DNA of 64,000 bases from an uncultured Actinomycetota bacterium (GCA_963723255.1 CAVRQA010000012.1:33555-97554), one strand, 5' to 3'; shown: positions 48,753-61,252, counted from the first letter of the stretch. The notes: generated from the sequence alone by a model not told the origin. Numbers and translations are program-made.

Positions 48753-51700
48753 GCGCCGAGGGACCCATCGATCTCGAAGGACCACTGTCCTCGAGCCCTG
48801 ATCGGGTCCCGTCGCTTCTTCACCCGGGCGAAGGTCTCACCGGACAAGCGTGCCCTCTTCAAGGAGGGCGGTCGCGCCGGTGACGCGTTCTACCGTGACC
48901 GCTGGAGCCACGACAAGGTGGTGCGGTCGACCCACGGGGTGAACTGCACCGGCTCGTGCTCGTGGAAGGTCTACGTCAAGGACGGCATCATCACCTGGGA
49001 GGCGCAGCAGACGGACTACCCGTCGACCGGCGCCGACCGCCCGGAGTACGAGCCTCGCGGGTGCCCGCGCGGTGCGGCGTTCAGCTGGTACACGTACTCG
49101 CCCACGCGGGTGCGCTACCCCTACATCCGCGGTGTGCTGCTGGAGATGTACCGCCAGGCGAAGGCCGAGCACGGCGACCCGGTGGCGGCGTGGGCGTCGA
49201 TCGTCGACGACCTCGAGAAGGCAAAGCGCTACAAGAGCGCGCGCGGCAAGGGCGGGCTGGTGCGGGCCACCTGGGCCGAGGCCTCGGAGATGTACGCCGC
49301 CGCCACCGTGCACACCATCAGGAAGTGGGGGCCCGGACCGGATCGCGGGCTTCTCACCGATCCCGGCCATGTCGATGGTCAGTCACGCGTCGGGTGCTCG
49401 CTTCACCTCGCTGATCGGCGGCTCGATGCTGTCCTTCTACGACTGGTACGCCGACCTGCCGGTCGCCTCGCCGCAGATCTTCGGGGACCAGACCGACGTG
49501 CCCGAGTCCGGCGACTGGTGGGACGCGGGCTACCTGATGATGTGGGGCTCCAACGTCCCCGTCACGCGGACCCCGGACGCCCACTGGATGACCGAGGCGC
49601 GCTACCGCGGCCAGAAGGTCGTGGTGGTCTCCCCGGACTACGCCGACAACGTGAAGTTCGCCGACGAGTGGCTCGCTGCCGCGCCCGGCACCGACGGGGC
49701 GCTCGCGATGGCCATGGGGCACGTCGTGCTCCGGGAGTTCTTCGTCGACGCGACCAACGACTACTTCGAGGGCTACGTCAAGCAGTTCACCGACCTGCCC
49801 TACCTCGTGGTGCTCGACGAGGCCGGCGATGCGACGTACGCGCCGGGCAAGTTCCTCACCGCCGCGGACCTGTCCCGGACCACGTCGGCGACCGAGAACG
49901 CGGAGTTCAAGCCGGTCCTGCATCGACGACCGCTCCGGACAGCCGGTCGTCCCCGACGGCTCCCTGGGGCACCGTTTCGGTGAGAGCGGCGCTGGGCGCT
50001 GGAACCTCGACCTCAACGGCGTCGAACCGCGGCTCTCGTTCTACGACGAGGCCAGCGAGCTCGCGGAGGTGGTGCTGCCGAGGTTCGACAGCCCGGGCAG
50101 CACGGTTCGTCGCGGGGTCCCGGCGCGTCGCGTCGACGGCCACCTCGTCACCACCGTCCTCGACCTGATGCTCGCCCAGTACGGCGTCGGCCGGCCGGAC
50201 CTGCCGGGGGAGTGGCCCAGCGGGTACGACGACCCCTCGACGCCGTACACCCCGGCCTGGCAGGAGTCGATCACCGGTGTTCCCGCCGATGCCGTGGCCC
50301 GGATCGCGCGTGAGTTCGCCCAGAACGCCGCCGACTCGAAGGGACGCTCGATGATCATCGTCGGCGCGGGAACCAACCACTGGTTCCACTCCGACACGAT
50401 CTACCGCTGCATGCTGATGCTGACCACGATCACCGGCTGCCAGGGCGTCAACGGTGGTGGCTGGGCGCACTACGTGGGCCAGGAGAAGGCCCGGCCGATC
50501 ACGGGGTGGGCTCAGCTCGCCTTCGGGCTCGACTGGGTGCGGCCGCCGCGGCAGATGATCCAGACCGGCTACTGGTACCTGCACACCGACCAGTTCCGCT
50601 ACGACAACTACGGCGTCGAGAACCTCGCCGCCCCGACCGGCACCGGCAAGCTGGCGGGGATGGGGACGGCCGATGCACTGGCCCTGTCGGCGCGCCTGGG
50701 CTGGATGCCGTCGTACCCCACCTTCGACCGCAACCCGCTCGATCTCGCCGACGAGGCCGAGGCCTCGGGACGACCCGTGGCCGACTACGTCGTCGACCAG
50801 CTCCAGAGCCGGTGAGCTGCGCTTCGCGTGCGAGGACCCGGACGCGCCGGAGAACTGGCCGCGCGTCCTCACCATGTGGCGCGCCAACCTGTTCGGGTCG
50901 AGCGGCAAGGGCAACGAGTACTTCCTCAAGCACCTGCTCGGCACCGACTCCTCCGTCCAGGCCGACGAGACGCCCGAGGACCGGCGACCGAGCGACATCG
51001 TCTGGCACGACGAGGCCCCCGAGGGGAAGCTCGACCTGCTGTGCACCCTCGACTTCCGGATGACCAGCTCGACGATCCTGAGCGACATCGTGCTGCCGGC
51101 GGCCACCTGGTACGAGAAGCACGACATCTCCACCACCGACATGCACCCCTTCATCCACTCGTTCAACCCGGCGATCGCGCCGCCGTGGCAGACGAAGACC
51201 GACTGGAACATCTTCCAGACGCTGGCGGAGTCGTTCGCTCCGCTGGCCAAGGAGCACCTCGGCGTACGCCGCGACCTGGTGGCCGTCCCGCTGCTGCACG
51301 ACAGTCCGGACGCGATGGCGACGCCGCACGGCGTGGTCAAGGACTGGAGGAAGGGGGAGTGCGAACCCGTCCCCGGGAAGACGATGCCCAAGCTGGTCGT
51401 GGTCGAGCGCGACTACGGCGCCGTGGCCGAGAAGATGGTGGCCCTCGGGCCACTCATGGAGCAGCTCGGCGCCACGACGAAGGCGATCACCTACGACGTC
51501 AGCGGCGAGATCGACTACCTGCGGGGCAAGAACGGCGCCGTCCGTGGCGGCGTCGCCGACGGCCGGCCGAGCCTGAAGAAGGACATCGCCGCGGCCGAGA
51601 CCATCATGGCCCTGTCGGGGACCACCAACGGCCACCTCGCCACCCAGGGCTTCAAGACCCTGGAGAAGCGCACCGGCACCGAGCTGCACGACCTCGCCGC

Positions 51701-52442
51701 CGAGCACGAGGGCAAGAAGATCACCTTCGCCGACACCCAGGCCGCGCCGGTACCGGTGATCACCAGCCCGGAGTGGTCGGGGTCGGAGACCGGCGGCCGG
51801 CGCTACAGCCCGTTCACCATCAACACCGAGCGGCTCAAGCCCTGGCACACCCTCACGGGGCGCCAGCACTTCTACCTCGACCACGACTGGATGCAGGAGC
51901 TCGGCGAGACCCTGCCGGTGTTCAAGCCACCCCTGGACATGAGTCAGCTGTTCGGCGAGCCCGAGATCGGCGACGTCGGCGCCCTGGGCGTCACCGTTCG
52001 CTACCTCACCCCGCACAACAAGTGGTCGATCCACTCGGAGTACCAGGACAACCTGTTCATGCTCTCGCTCTCGCGGGGAGGACAGGCGATCTGGATCTCC
52101 GACGTCGACGCCGCCAAGGTCGGCATCGCGGACAACGACTGGGTCGAGGCGGTGAACCGCAACGGCGTGGTGGCGGCCCGGGCGATCGTCTCCCACCGGA
52201 TGCCCGAGGGCACCGTCTACATGCACCACGCCCAGGACCGGCTGATCGACGTACCCCGCACCGAGACGACCGGCAAGCGCGGCGGCATCCACAACTCGTT
52301 GACCCGCATCATGCTCAAGCCGAGCCACATCATCGGCGGCTACGCCCAGCTGTCCTTCGCGTTCAACTACCTCGGGCCGACGGGCAACCAGCGCGACGAG
52401 GTGACCGTGATCCGCAAGCGGAAGGCGGAGGTGACCTACTGA
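48749..52442 (+). CDS. narG: Respiratory nitrate reductase alpha subunit (several frameshifts)
   Basis: RSTHGVNCTGSCSW, EPRGCPRG, SFYDWYADLP, GGGWAHYVGQEK, TPHNKWSIHSEY, YLGPTGNQRD. Confidence 0.95.
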
Positions 52443-54087
52443 TGAAGGTCATGGCCCAGATGGCGATGGTGATGAACCTCGACAAGTGCATTGGGTGCCA
52501 CACCTGCTCGGTCACCTGCAAGCAGGCGTGGACCAACCGCTCGGGCGTGGAGTACGTCTGGTTCAACAACGTCGAGACGAGGCCGGGACTCGGCTACCCG
52601 CGGCGCTACGAGGACCAGGAGGAGTGGCAGGGCGGCTGGGTCCGCAAGCCAAACGGCCGGCTGGTCCTCAAGGCCGGCGGGCGGATCAAGAAGCTCCTGA
52701 ACATCTTCTCCAACCCCAAGATGCCGTCGATCCAGGACTACTACGAGCCCTGGACCTACGACTACGAGACCCTGATCAGCTCACCGGCCTCGGACACGTT
52801 CCCGGTGGCGCAGCCGCACAGCCTGATCAGCGGCAAGCCGATGCAGGTGAAGTGGTCGGCCAACTGGGACGACAACCTCGGCGGCAGCCGCGAGCACGCC
52901 AGCCGTGACCTGATGCTCAAGGGCATCGAGGACAAGGTGAAGTTCGAGTTCGAGCAGACCTTCATGTTCTACCTGCCGCGGATCTGCGAGCACTGCCTCA
53001 ACCCGTCATGCGCCGCGTCGTGCCCTAGCGGCGCGATCTACAAGCGGGAGGAGGACGGCATCGTCCTCGTCGACCAGGACCGCTGCCGTGGCTGGCGGAT
53101 GTGCGTGTCCGGGTGCCCCTACAAGAAGGTCTACTTCAACCACAAGACCGGCAAGGCCGAGAAGTGCACGTTCTGCTACCCGCGCGTCGAGGTCGGGATC
53201 CCCACCGTCTGCTCCGAGACGTGCGTGGGCCGGCTGCGTTACATCGGGTTGGTGCTGTACGACGCCGACCGGGTCCTCGAGGCGGCCTCCGTGGAGAACG
53301 AGCACGACCTCTACGAGGCGCAGCGATCGGTCTTCCTCGACCCTGACGACCCCGAGGTCGTGCGCGCGGCCGAGGCGGCCGGCATCCCGGGCGACTGGAT
53401 CGAGGCCGCGCAACGCTCGCCGATCCACGCGCTGATCAACAAGTACCAGGTGGCCCTGCCGCTGCACCCGGAGTACCGCACCATGCCGATGGTCTGGTAC
53501 ATCCCGCCGCTGTCACCCGTGGTCGACGTCATCAAGGACACGGGCCACGACGCCGAGGACCGCGGCAACCTGTTCGCCGCGATCGAGGCTCTCAGGATCC
53601 CGGTCGAGTACCTCGCGAACCTGTTCACCGCCGGCGACGTCGAACCGGTCGATGCCGTGCTGCGGAGGCTGGCGGCCATGCGGTCCTACATGCGCGACAT
53701 CAACTGGGCCGTGACCCCGACGAGTCGATCCCCGCAGCCGTCGGCATGGAGCCCGAGGCCATGTACGACATGTTCCGGCTGCTCGCCCTGGCCAAGTACG
53801 ACGAGCGCTACGTGATCCCTGCGGCCCACGCCGAGCAGGCACACGCCCTCGAGGAGCTGGCCACCGACTGTCCGGTGAGCGAGTACGGCGGCGGCAACCC
53901 GGAGATCTTCGGCGAGGGCTCCGGAGAGCTGACGCCTGTAGCGGTCGAGAACTTCGCGATGCTCAAGGAGCGTCAGACCAGCGACACCCTCGTCGGCGGT
54001 GGCGAGAAGAAGGGCCGCGTCAACCTCCTCAACTGGGACGGCAAGGGCTCGCCCGAAGGGCTGTTCCCCCGCAAGGAGGAGGAGTGA
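52442..54087 (+). CDS. narH: Nitrate reductase beta subunit (frameshift near 53706)
   Basis: NLDKCIGCHTCSVTCK, PRICEHCLNPSC, CRGWRMCVSGCPY, CSETCVGR. Confidence 0.95.
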
Positions 54088-54761
54088 TGTTCAAGGTCGC
54101 CCGGCGCCAGCAGCCGACCCTCCCGGAGGGTCAGACACGCGCGGCCTGGCAGCTGTGCTCGGCCCTCCTCGACTACCCGACAGCCGAACTGCTCGACAGT
54201 CTCGACGCGGTCGATCAGGCCACCGCTGATCTGCCGCCAGAACTGGCGGGGCGGCTCGCCGGGTTCGTCTCCCACTTGCGGTCTTCAGACCTGCGGGCGC
54301 TGCAGGAGGAGTACGTCGCCACCTTCGACCACACCCGCCGCTGTGCGCTCTACCTGACCTACTTCGCCTACGGGGACACCCGCCGCCGTGGAGTGGCTCT
54401 GGTGCAGTTCAAGCAGGCCTACCGCAAGGCCGGGGTCGAGTTCGATCCGGGGGAGGAGTCAGGTGAGCTCCCCGACCACCTGTGTGCCGTGCTCCAGTTC
54501 GGGGCCTGCGTGGACGTCCCCACGGCCTGGCGACTGCTGATCGACCACCGTGCCGGACTCGAGATGCTGCGGATCGCCCTGGCCGACGCCCGATCGCCCT
54601 GGCACGCGGTGGTGGAGGCGGTGTGTACCACCCTTCCGGAGCTGCAGGGTGAGGAGCACGACGCCGTACGCCGGCTGATCGAGGAGGGACCACCCGCGGA
54701 GGAGGTCGGCCTCGAGCCGTTCCTCATCGACCCGCAGATCCCAGTGGGGCCGCCGGCATGA
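54087..54761 (+). CDS. narJ: Nitrate reductase Mo-cofactor assembly chaperone
   Basis: LLDYP, YVATFD, LYLTYFAYGDTRRRG, ELPDHL. Confidence 0.93.
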   Translation: MFKVARRQQPTLPEGQTRAAWQLCSALLDYPTAELLDSLDAVDQATADLPPELAGRLAGFVSHLRSSDLRALQEEYVATFDHTRRCALYLTYFAYGDTRRRGVALVQFKQAYRKAGVEFDPGEESGELPDHLCAVLQFGACVDVPTAWRLLIDHRAGLEMLRIALADARSPWHAVVEAVCTTLPELQGEEHDAVRRLIEEGPPAEEVGLEPFLIDPQIPVGPPA

Positions 54762-55492
54762 GCACCTTCCTGTGGGTCATCGTCCCGTACCTCTGCCTGG
54801 CCACCTTCGCCGTGGGGCACTTCTGGCGCTACCGCTACGACAAGTTCGGCTGGACCACCCGGTCCAGCCAGCTCTACGAGGACCGGCTGCTGCGCCTCGG
54901 CTCGCCGCTGTTCCACTTCGGCATGCTGGGCGTCGTCGGTGGGCACGTCATCGGCCTGCTCATCCCCGAGTCCTGGACCGACGCGGTCGGGATCAGCACG
55001 GAGACCTACCACGTGGTCGCCGTGCTCGGTGGTCTCGTCGCGGGGCTGATGGCGCTCGGCGGGATGGCGATCCTCGTCTACCGCCGGCGCACCGTCGGAC
55101 CGGTCTTCTCGGCGACGACGGTGATGGACAAGGTGATGTACGCCTTCCTCGGCGCCGTGATCGCGCTGGGCATGTGGAACACCATCGCGGGGTCGATCCT
55201 CTCCGTGGGTGGTCACTACGACTACCGCGAGGGCGTCTCGGTCTGGTACCGCTCCTTCCTCGCCTTCAACCCGCAGCCCGAGCTCATGGCCGAGGCGCCC
55301 CTGGGCTTCCAGCTGCACGCACTGGTGGCCTTCGGCCTGTTCGCGCTGTGGCCGTTCACCCGGCTCGTGCACGTATTCTCGGCGCCGGTGGGCTACCTGA
55401 CCCGTCCCTATATCGTCTACCGGTCCAGGGACCAGCGGGCAGGCGCCGGAGTCGGCACCCGCTCACCGAACCGGGGATGGGAGCGGCCATGA
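54758..55492 (+). CDS. narI: Nitrate reductase gamma subunit
   Basis: RYRYDKFGWTTRSSQLYE, LFHFG...GH, LH...WPFTRLVH. Confidence 0.95.
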   Translation: MSTFLWVIVPYLCLATFAVGHFWRYRYDKFGWTTRSSQLYEDRLLRLGSPLFHFGMLGVVGGHVIGLLIPESWTDAVGISTETYHVVAVLGGLVAGLMALGGMAILVYRRRTVGPVFSATTVMDKVMYAFLGAVIALGMWNTIAGSILSVGGHYDYREGVSVWYRSFLAFNPQPELMAEAPLGFQLHALVAFGLFALWPFTRLVHVFSAPVGYLTRPYIVYRSRDQRAGAGVGTRSPNRGWERP

Positions 55493-55818
55493 GCGATCAG
55501 ATCACCGACCTGAAGGCGCTGGGCGAGGAGCTCCTCGCAGCGGCCCGCGCGGCGCCCGAGGGCCGGGCCTCCCGGGTCGTCGAGCACGGGTCGAAGCAGC
55601 GGGCCGTGCTGATGGCCCTCACCGGCGGCACCTCTCTGGGCGAGCACTCATCACCGGGCGCTGCCACCTTCCACGTCCTCTCCGGCCGGGCACGCCTGGT
55701 CGCGGGGGAGCGGCTGTGGGACGTCCCCGCCGGCGGCCTGGTGCCCATCCCGCCGCAGCGACACGCGGTGGAGACCGACGAGGACACGGTGATCCTGCTG
55801 ACGGTCGCCCTCGGCTGA
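55489..55818 (+). CDS. Cupin domain protein at the end of the nar operon
   Basis: ATGA overlap with narI; LGEHSSPGAATFHVLSG, IPPQRHAV. Confidence 0.85.
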   Translation: MSDQITDLKALGEELLAAARAAPEGRASRVVEHGSKQRAVLMALTGGTSLGEHSSPGAATFHVLSGRARLVAGERLWDVPAGGLVPIPPQRHAVETDEDTVILLTVALG

Positions 55819-55892
55819 CCAGCGGTACCCCTGAGGGCGGGTCCGGGCAATACCGGAGTGCGCCGTGACCGACGGGCTGGCAGATTTGAGCC

Positions 55893-56690
55893 ATGACGAC
55901 GGTGGAGGACGGTGCCGCTCCGGCGGTGGACGGGACCGCGGTGGCGGCCCGGGTGGTCGACCTGACGAAGGTGTACGGCTCCGGCGATGCCGAGGTCCGC
56001 GCGCTGGACGGTGTCACTCTGGACATCGCCGCGGAGGAGTTCACCGCCGTGATGGGACCTTCCGGGTCCGGCAAGTCGACGCTGATGCACTGCTGCGCGG
56101 CGCTGGACGCCCCCACGTCGGGCCAGGTGTTCATCGGTGACACCGAGATCGGCCACCTGTCGGACAAGAAGCTGACTCACCTGCGACGCGAGCGGATCGG
56201 GTTCGTCTTCCAGTCCTTCAACCTGGTGCCCACCCTGACGGCCGGCGAGAACATCGTGCTGCCGCTGTCGATCGCCGGTCGCAAGCCCGACCAGGAGTGG
56301 TACGACGCCGTCATCGGGACCGTCGACCTCGGCGACCGGCTCGACCACCGGCCCAACGAGCTCTCGGGTGGCCAGCAGCAGCGCGTCGCCGTGGCCCGGG
56401 CCCTGATGAGCCGTCCGCACATCGTCTTCGCCGACGAGCCCACCGGCAACCTCGACTCCAAGTCCGGTGCCGAGGTGCTCACCCTCCTCCGCTCGAGCGT
56501 GGACGAACGCCACCAGACCATCGTGATGGTGACCCACGACCCGGTGGCAGCGGCGTACACCGACCGGGTCGTCTTTCTCGCCGACGGGCGCATCGTCGAC
56601 GAGCTGCGCCGTCCGGACCGCGATGCGGTCCTGAACAAGATGCAGGAGCTCGCGTCGCGCGAGCCCGCGCCGCCGGGCGAGGGCAGCTGA
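55893..56690 (+). CDS. ABC exporter ATPase (LolD/MacB-like)
   Basis: GPSGSGKST, FVFQSFNL, LSGGQQQRV, ADEPTGNLD. Confidence 0.95.
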   Translation: MTTVEDGAAPAVDGTAVAARVVDLTKVYGSGDAEVRALDGVTLDIAAEEFTAVMGPSGSGKSTLMHCCAALDAPTSGQVFIGDTEIGHLSDKKLTHLRRERIGFVFQSFNLVPTLTAGENIVLPLSIAGRKPDQEWYDAVIGTVDLGDRLDHRPNELSGGQQQRVAVARALMSRPHIVFADEPTGNLDSKSGAEVLTLLRSSVDERHQTIVMVTHDPVAAAYTDRVVFLADGRIVDELRRPDRDAVLNKMQELASREPAPPGEGS

Positions 56691-56691
56691 C

Positions 56692-59244
56692 GTGTGGCGC
56701 GTGACCTGGCGCAACCTCTTCGCCCGCAAGCTGCGCCTGCTGCTCTCCGCGTTCGCGATCGTGCTCGGCGTCGCCTTCGTCGCGGGATCGATGATCTTCA
56801 CCAACGCGATGGGCGGGGCGTTCGACGACATCATCGAGGGCAGCACCGCCGACGTCGAGGTGGCGTTCAAGGGCGCCAACGACTTCGACTCCGGCCAGGA
56901 CGTCCGCACCTTCCCGGCGAGCGTCGTCTCGGACCTCGAGGCGCTGCCCGAGGTCGGGTCCGCGCACCCGCAGAACACCCTCCTGACCGTCTTCGTCATC
57001 GGCAAGGACGGCAAGGTGATCGGCGGCAACGGTCCACCCGGCCTCGCCAACAACCCCACCGACGCCGTCGCGCTCACCGGCAAGCCGGTGCTCACCGTGG
57101 TCCGCGGGAGCTACCCGGACGGGCCGGACGAGATCGCGCTCGACGTGGACACCGCCGAGAAGGGCGACTTCGAGATCGGGGACCGGGTCGAGCTCGCCAC
57201 GCCCGGCAGGCCACCGGTGATGGACACGAGGCTCACCGGGCTCGTGGAGTTCGGGTCGGGCGGCCTGAACGGCGCGACCCTCACCATCTTCGACCGCCGG
57301 TTCATGCAGGAGCGGTTCTACGGCGGCCGCGACGTGTTCAGCGCGGTCTCCCTCAACGCCGCCCCGGGGGTCTCCCAGCGCGAGCTGGCCGACGCCGCGC
57401 AGCAGGTGCTGCCCAAGGGCATGGTCGCCCGGACGGGGGACGCCTACGTCGAGAAGAACCAGGCCGACCTCGACGAGATCCTCGGCTTCCTGCAGACGTT
57501 CCTGCTGGTCTTCGCCGTGGTCGCCCTCGTGGTCGGGGTGTTCCTCATCATCAACACCTTCTCGATCCTGGTCGCCCAGCGCAGCCGGGAGCTCGCGCTG
57601 CTGCGCGCCATGGGCGCGTCGCGCAAGCAGGTCAACCGGTCGGTGCTTCTCGAGGCGACGGTCGTGGGCCTGGTCGGGTCGACGGTCGGCCTGGGTGTCG
57701 GCTACCTGCTCGCGCTCGGGCTGCGCTGGCTCTTCGGCGTGTTCGGGCTGGACCTGAGCCGGGCGGATTTCCCGCTGACCTGGCCGGCAGTGTTCTGGTC
57801 GTACGTCGTCGGCGTGGGCGTCACGGCCGATCGCTGCGCTGCTGCCCGCGCGCCGCGCTGCCCGGATCGCACCGATGGCGGCCCTGCGCGACGACGTGGC
57901 CCTGCCCGAGTCGACGCTGCGGCGACGTGTCCTGATCGGGCACGGTCCTGGTGCTGGCTCGGCGCCGGCGTCGATGGCGGCCGGGCTCGCCGGTGAGGGC
58001 AACTGGGCACTGATCGGCATCGGCGGCGGCATCCTGCTCGTCCTCGTCGGCGTGGCCATGATGAGCGCCTTCCTGGGCCAGCCCGTGCTGCACCTGTTCG
58101 GTGCGGTCTACCGCCGTACGTTCGGGACGGTGGGCCGGCTGGCCGCCCAGAACGCCCTGCGCAACCCGCGGCGGACCGGCGCGACGGCCAGCGCCCTGAT
58201 GATCGGGCTGGCCCTGATGGCGATGATGTCGATCTTCGGCAGCTCGGCGTCGGCCAGCACGGACGCCGCCATCGGCAAGTCACTGACCTCGCAGTTCATC
58301 GTGTCCAACGTCGTCGGGCAGCCGTTCTCGCCCGACGTCGCCGAGCAGGTACGTCGCATCGACGGCGTCTCCGGCGTGACCCAGCTCCGCAGCGCCTTCC
58401 CCGAGCTCAAGGGCGGAGGCAGCGCCTGGACGGTCGGTGTCGACCCGAAGGCGTTCGGGGTCGCCTTCGCCATCCCCACGGTCGCAGGGCTCCTTCGCCG
58501 AGCTCGGCCCGGGCACCGTCGCGATCGCCGCAGTGCCAGGCGAAGAACCGCGGCTTCGGGCTCGGTGACAGCGTCACGATGAAGTTCCAGGCGCGCGACA
58601 TCAAGCTCCGGGTGGTCGCACTGTTCCCGACCAACCCGGCGCTTCCGGGCGACTACGTGGTCACACCCGACACCCTGGAGAAGGGCGGCCTGACCCCGTT
58701 GGACGCGATGGTCATGGTGACCAAGGCACGCGGGGCGAGCACCGACACCGTCCGCAGCGAGATCGAGCGGGTCGTCAAGGACCTGCCGACCGTGACCGTG
58801 AAGGATCCCGAGGGCTTCGCGGCGGAGCAGAAGGAGCAGGTCAACCAGTTCCTCTACCTGATCTACGGCCTGCTCGGGCTCTCGGTGATCATCGCGATCC
58901 TGGGCGTGATCAACACGCTCAGCCTCTCGGTGATCGAGCGGACCCGTGAGGTCGGGCTGCTGCGGGCCGTCGGCGTCACGCGTCGGCAGCTGCGCACCAT
59001 GATCCGCCTGGAGTCGGTGGTGGTCGCCGTCCTGGGCGGCGTGCTCGGCACCGTGATGGGGGTCATGTTCGGCGCGACGATGGTGACCGCCCTGGAGGAG
59101 GACGGACTCACCGAGCTGGCCGTTCCGTGGCCGTTGCTCGGCGGCTTCCTGCTCCTGGCAGCAGTCGCGGGGGTGCTCGCGGCCGTGGTTCCGGCACGCC
59201 GGGCGGCCCGGCTCGACGTGCTCAAGGCCATCGGAACGGAGTGA
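56692..59244 (+). CDS. FtsX-like ABC permease (frameshifted)
   Basis: INTFSILVAQRSRELALLRAMGA, RNPRRTGATASAL, INTLSLSVIERTREVGLLRAVG. Confidence 0.9.
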
Positions 59245-59333
59245 CGAGTCTCGAAATCTTGGTGGGATCGGTCCCGATCGCGCGCTACAGGTTGGTTAGG
59301 TTTCTGCCTACGACCTGACGAAGGAGCTGACGG

Positions 59334-60071
59334 GTGGACGACCACTCACCGCGAGGTGGAGGCCGGCGCGGGCGCAAGCACGTCCTGGTGCGGGAGTACG
59401 TCCGTTCCGTCATCGTCAACGCCGAGCCGGGAACCCCCGCACCGTCCGAGCGGGACCTGGCCGAACAGTTCGGCGTCGCGCGGATGACCGTCCGGCACGC
59501 CATCGACGCGCTGGTCGCCCAGGGGCTGCTCGAGCGTGTCGCCGGCCGGGGCACCTTCGTCACCAAGCCGCTGATCGACATGCAGATGCGGCTCTCGGCG
59601 TACACCGAGGAGATGGAGCGCCGCGGCAAGAAGCCCGAGTCGAAGACGCTGCTCGCTCGCCGGGAGAGTGCCGGACCGGGTGTGGCGCGCGCGCTCGAGG
59701 TCGAGGAGGGCACCGCGATCGCGCACTGGCAGCGGCTGCGCCTCGCCGACGGCGTCCCGATGGCCATCCAGCACGTCTACCTCTCCCTGGACCTCTTCCC
59801 GAACTTCCTCGACGAGGCGCTCCCGACCAGCCTCTACTTCTGGTTCGCGATGCGCGACCTGATGCCGACCTGGGGTGAGGACTCGGTCCTCGCCGGGATC
59901 GCCACCGAGGAGGAGGCCGAGCTGCTCGAGCTCGAGCCCGGCTCGCCGGTGCTGCACATCTCCCGGCGGGCGTTCTGCCGGGAGAACGTCGTCGAGGTCA
60001 CCCGCAGCGTCTACCGCGCGGACCGCTACACGCTCTGGGTGCCGGTGCTCCGGCCCGAGCACCTGCGCTAG
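59334..60071 (+). CDS. GntR/HutC-family regulator with UTRA domain, DasR-like
   Basis: PSERDLAEQFGVARMTVRHA, GRGTFV, LSAYTEEM, RLRLADGVPMAI, RSVYRADRY. Confidence 0.9.
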   Translation: MDDHSPRGGGRRGRKHVLVREYVRSVIVNAEPGTPAPSERDLAEQFGVARMTVRHAIDALVAQGLLERVAGRGTFVTKPLIDMQMRLSAYTEEMERRGKKPESKTLLARRESAGPGVARALEVEEGTAIAHWQRLRLADGVPMAIQHVYLSLDLFPNFLDEALPTSLYFWFAMRDLMPTWGEDSVLAGIATEEEAELLELEPGSPVLHISRRAFCRENVVEVTRSVYRADRYTLWVPVLRPEHLR

Positions 60072-60076
60072 ACGGC

Positions 60077-60430
60077 TCAGAGGCCACCGACCGGGGCCAC
60101 CTCGATCCCGGCGTGCTCACAGCACCACGTGGGGTCGGGACCCCCCAGGTCGGGATGGACGTAGAGAGCGTGCGGCTCGAGGTGGTCGCAGGCCCGGCAC
60201 AGCGGCCAGCGCCCGTTGGTCTCCAGCAGGGCGTCCTGGACGTCCTGGGCCACCAGCCCGACCACGAAGTCGCGTCCCTCGGCCCACTGCTCGAGCCACC
60301 AGCCGCGGTCGGCGAGGGCCGACTCGAGCGCCGAGACCGTCGCCGGGTCAGCCACTCCGGTGGTCTCGAGGTCGTGCAACACCAGGGCTCGTGCCCTCAT
60401 CACGACGTCGTGGGATGTCACGATGTCCAT
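60077..60430 (-). CDS. Conserved actinobacterial hypothetical protein with Cys/His motif
   Basis: GLVAQDVQDALL...WPLC..C...HAL...WCC...VAPVGGL. Confidence 0.75.
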   Translation of the reverse strand: MDIVTSHDVVMRARALVLHDLETTGVADPATVSALESALADRGWWLEQWAEGRDFVVGLVAQDVQDALLETNGRWPLCRACDHLEPHALYVHPDLGGPDPTWCCEHAGIEVAPVGGL

Positions 60431-60458
60431 TGTGACCCCAGGCCAAGCGGGGGGCTCC

Positions 60459-61166
60459 GTGGAGAGCGCCCATCTCGACGTCGTCGTGCTCCACGCGCGC
60501 GATGCCGAGGCCGCGACTGCGGGTGGCGCCGACCGGTTGCTCCTGGGGATCGAGCCCGAGGAGGGCTACTACTCGCCCGAGCCGGCCACGGTCTCCGCCG
60601 TCGTGCGTGAGACCGACCTGCCTGTCTACGTCGTGCTGCGCTGCGCCAGACCTGAGCTACCACCGCCTCGTCGACCTCGGCGCGACCTTCCTCGAGCTGG
60701 GCGTCCGTGGTGCTGGCCTACGGCTTCCTCGACCGCGACCTCGAGATCGACCGCGAGGCCTGTGCCGAGATGTGCAGGGAGCTGGGCGGCGTGCCCTGGT
60801 TGTTCCACGGCTTCGACGAGGCCCTCGATGCCGACCACGCGTGGCGCGACGTACGCGGGCTGCCCGGGTCTGGAGTCGGTCATCTCGGCCGGCTCCACCC
60901 GGGGGCTGGCCCACGGCGTCGACGAGCTGATCGCGCGGGCCGAGCGTGACCCCCGGGTGGCGGAGATGCTCCTCGCCGGCGGTGGCCTCACCCCGGAGCT
61001 GGTCCCGTGGCTGGTCCGGGCCGGCGTACGCCGCTTCGCCATCGGGTCCTCCGCCCGGACCGGTCGCTCGTGGACCCGCGCGTCCGTCGACGTCGACCAC
61101 GTGCGGTCGTGGCGGATGCTGCTCGACGACGCCCTGTCCAGGGCCCTCGGTATCCCCACGGAGTGA
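60459..61166 (+). CDS. cutC: CutC family protein (frameshifted)
   Basis: AGGADRLLL, LPVYVVLR, GFLDRD, FDEA, SAGS..G, LLAGGGL, IGSSAR across frames. Confidence 0.75.
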   Translation: MESAHLDVVVLHARDAEAATAGGADRLLLGIEPEEGYYSPEPATVSAVVRETDLPVYVVLRCARPELPPPRRPRRDLPRAGRPWCWPTASSTATSRSTARPVPRCAGSWAACPGCSTASTRPSMPTTRGATYAGCPGLESVISAGSTRGLAHGVDELIARAERDPRVAEMLLAGGGLTPELVPWLVRAGVRRFAIGSSARTGRSWTRASVDVDHVRSWRMLLDDALSRALGIPTE

Positions 61167-61252
61167 CCGTGCAACTGGACAGAGCCGCCTCCGGGAGGGA
61201 TGCTGCACGGGCGCTGGTGGTGCCCGCCCCGCGCTCCCGGAGAGGACCCACC

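Noticed and set aside
50828-53815. 995-aa ORF as a novel N-terminally extended NarH; likewise the 903-aa ORF 43301-46012 and the 888-aa ORF 35674-38340
   Set aside because: The extensions are off-frame read-through across upstream genes; the real starts are 52442, 45133 and 35860.
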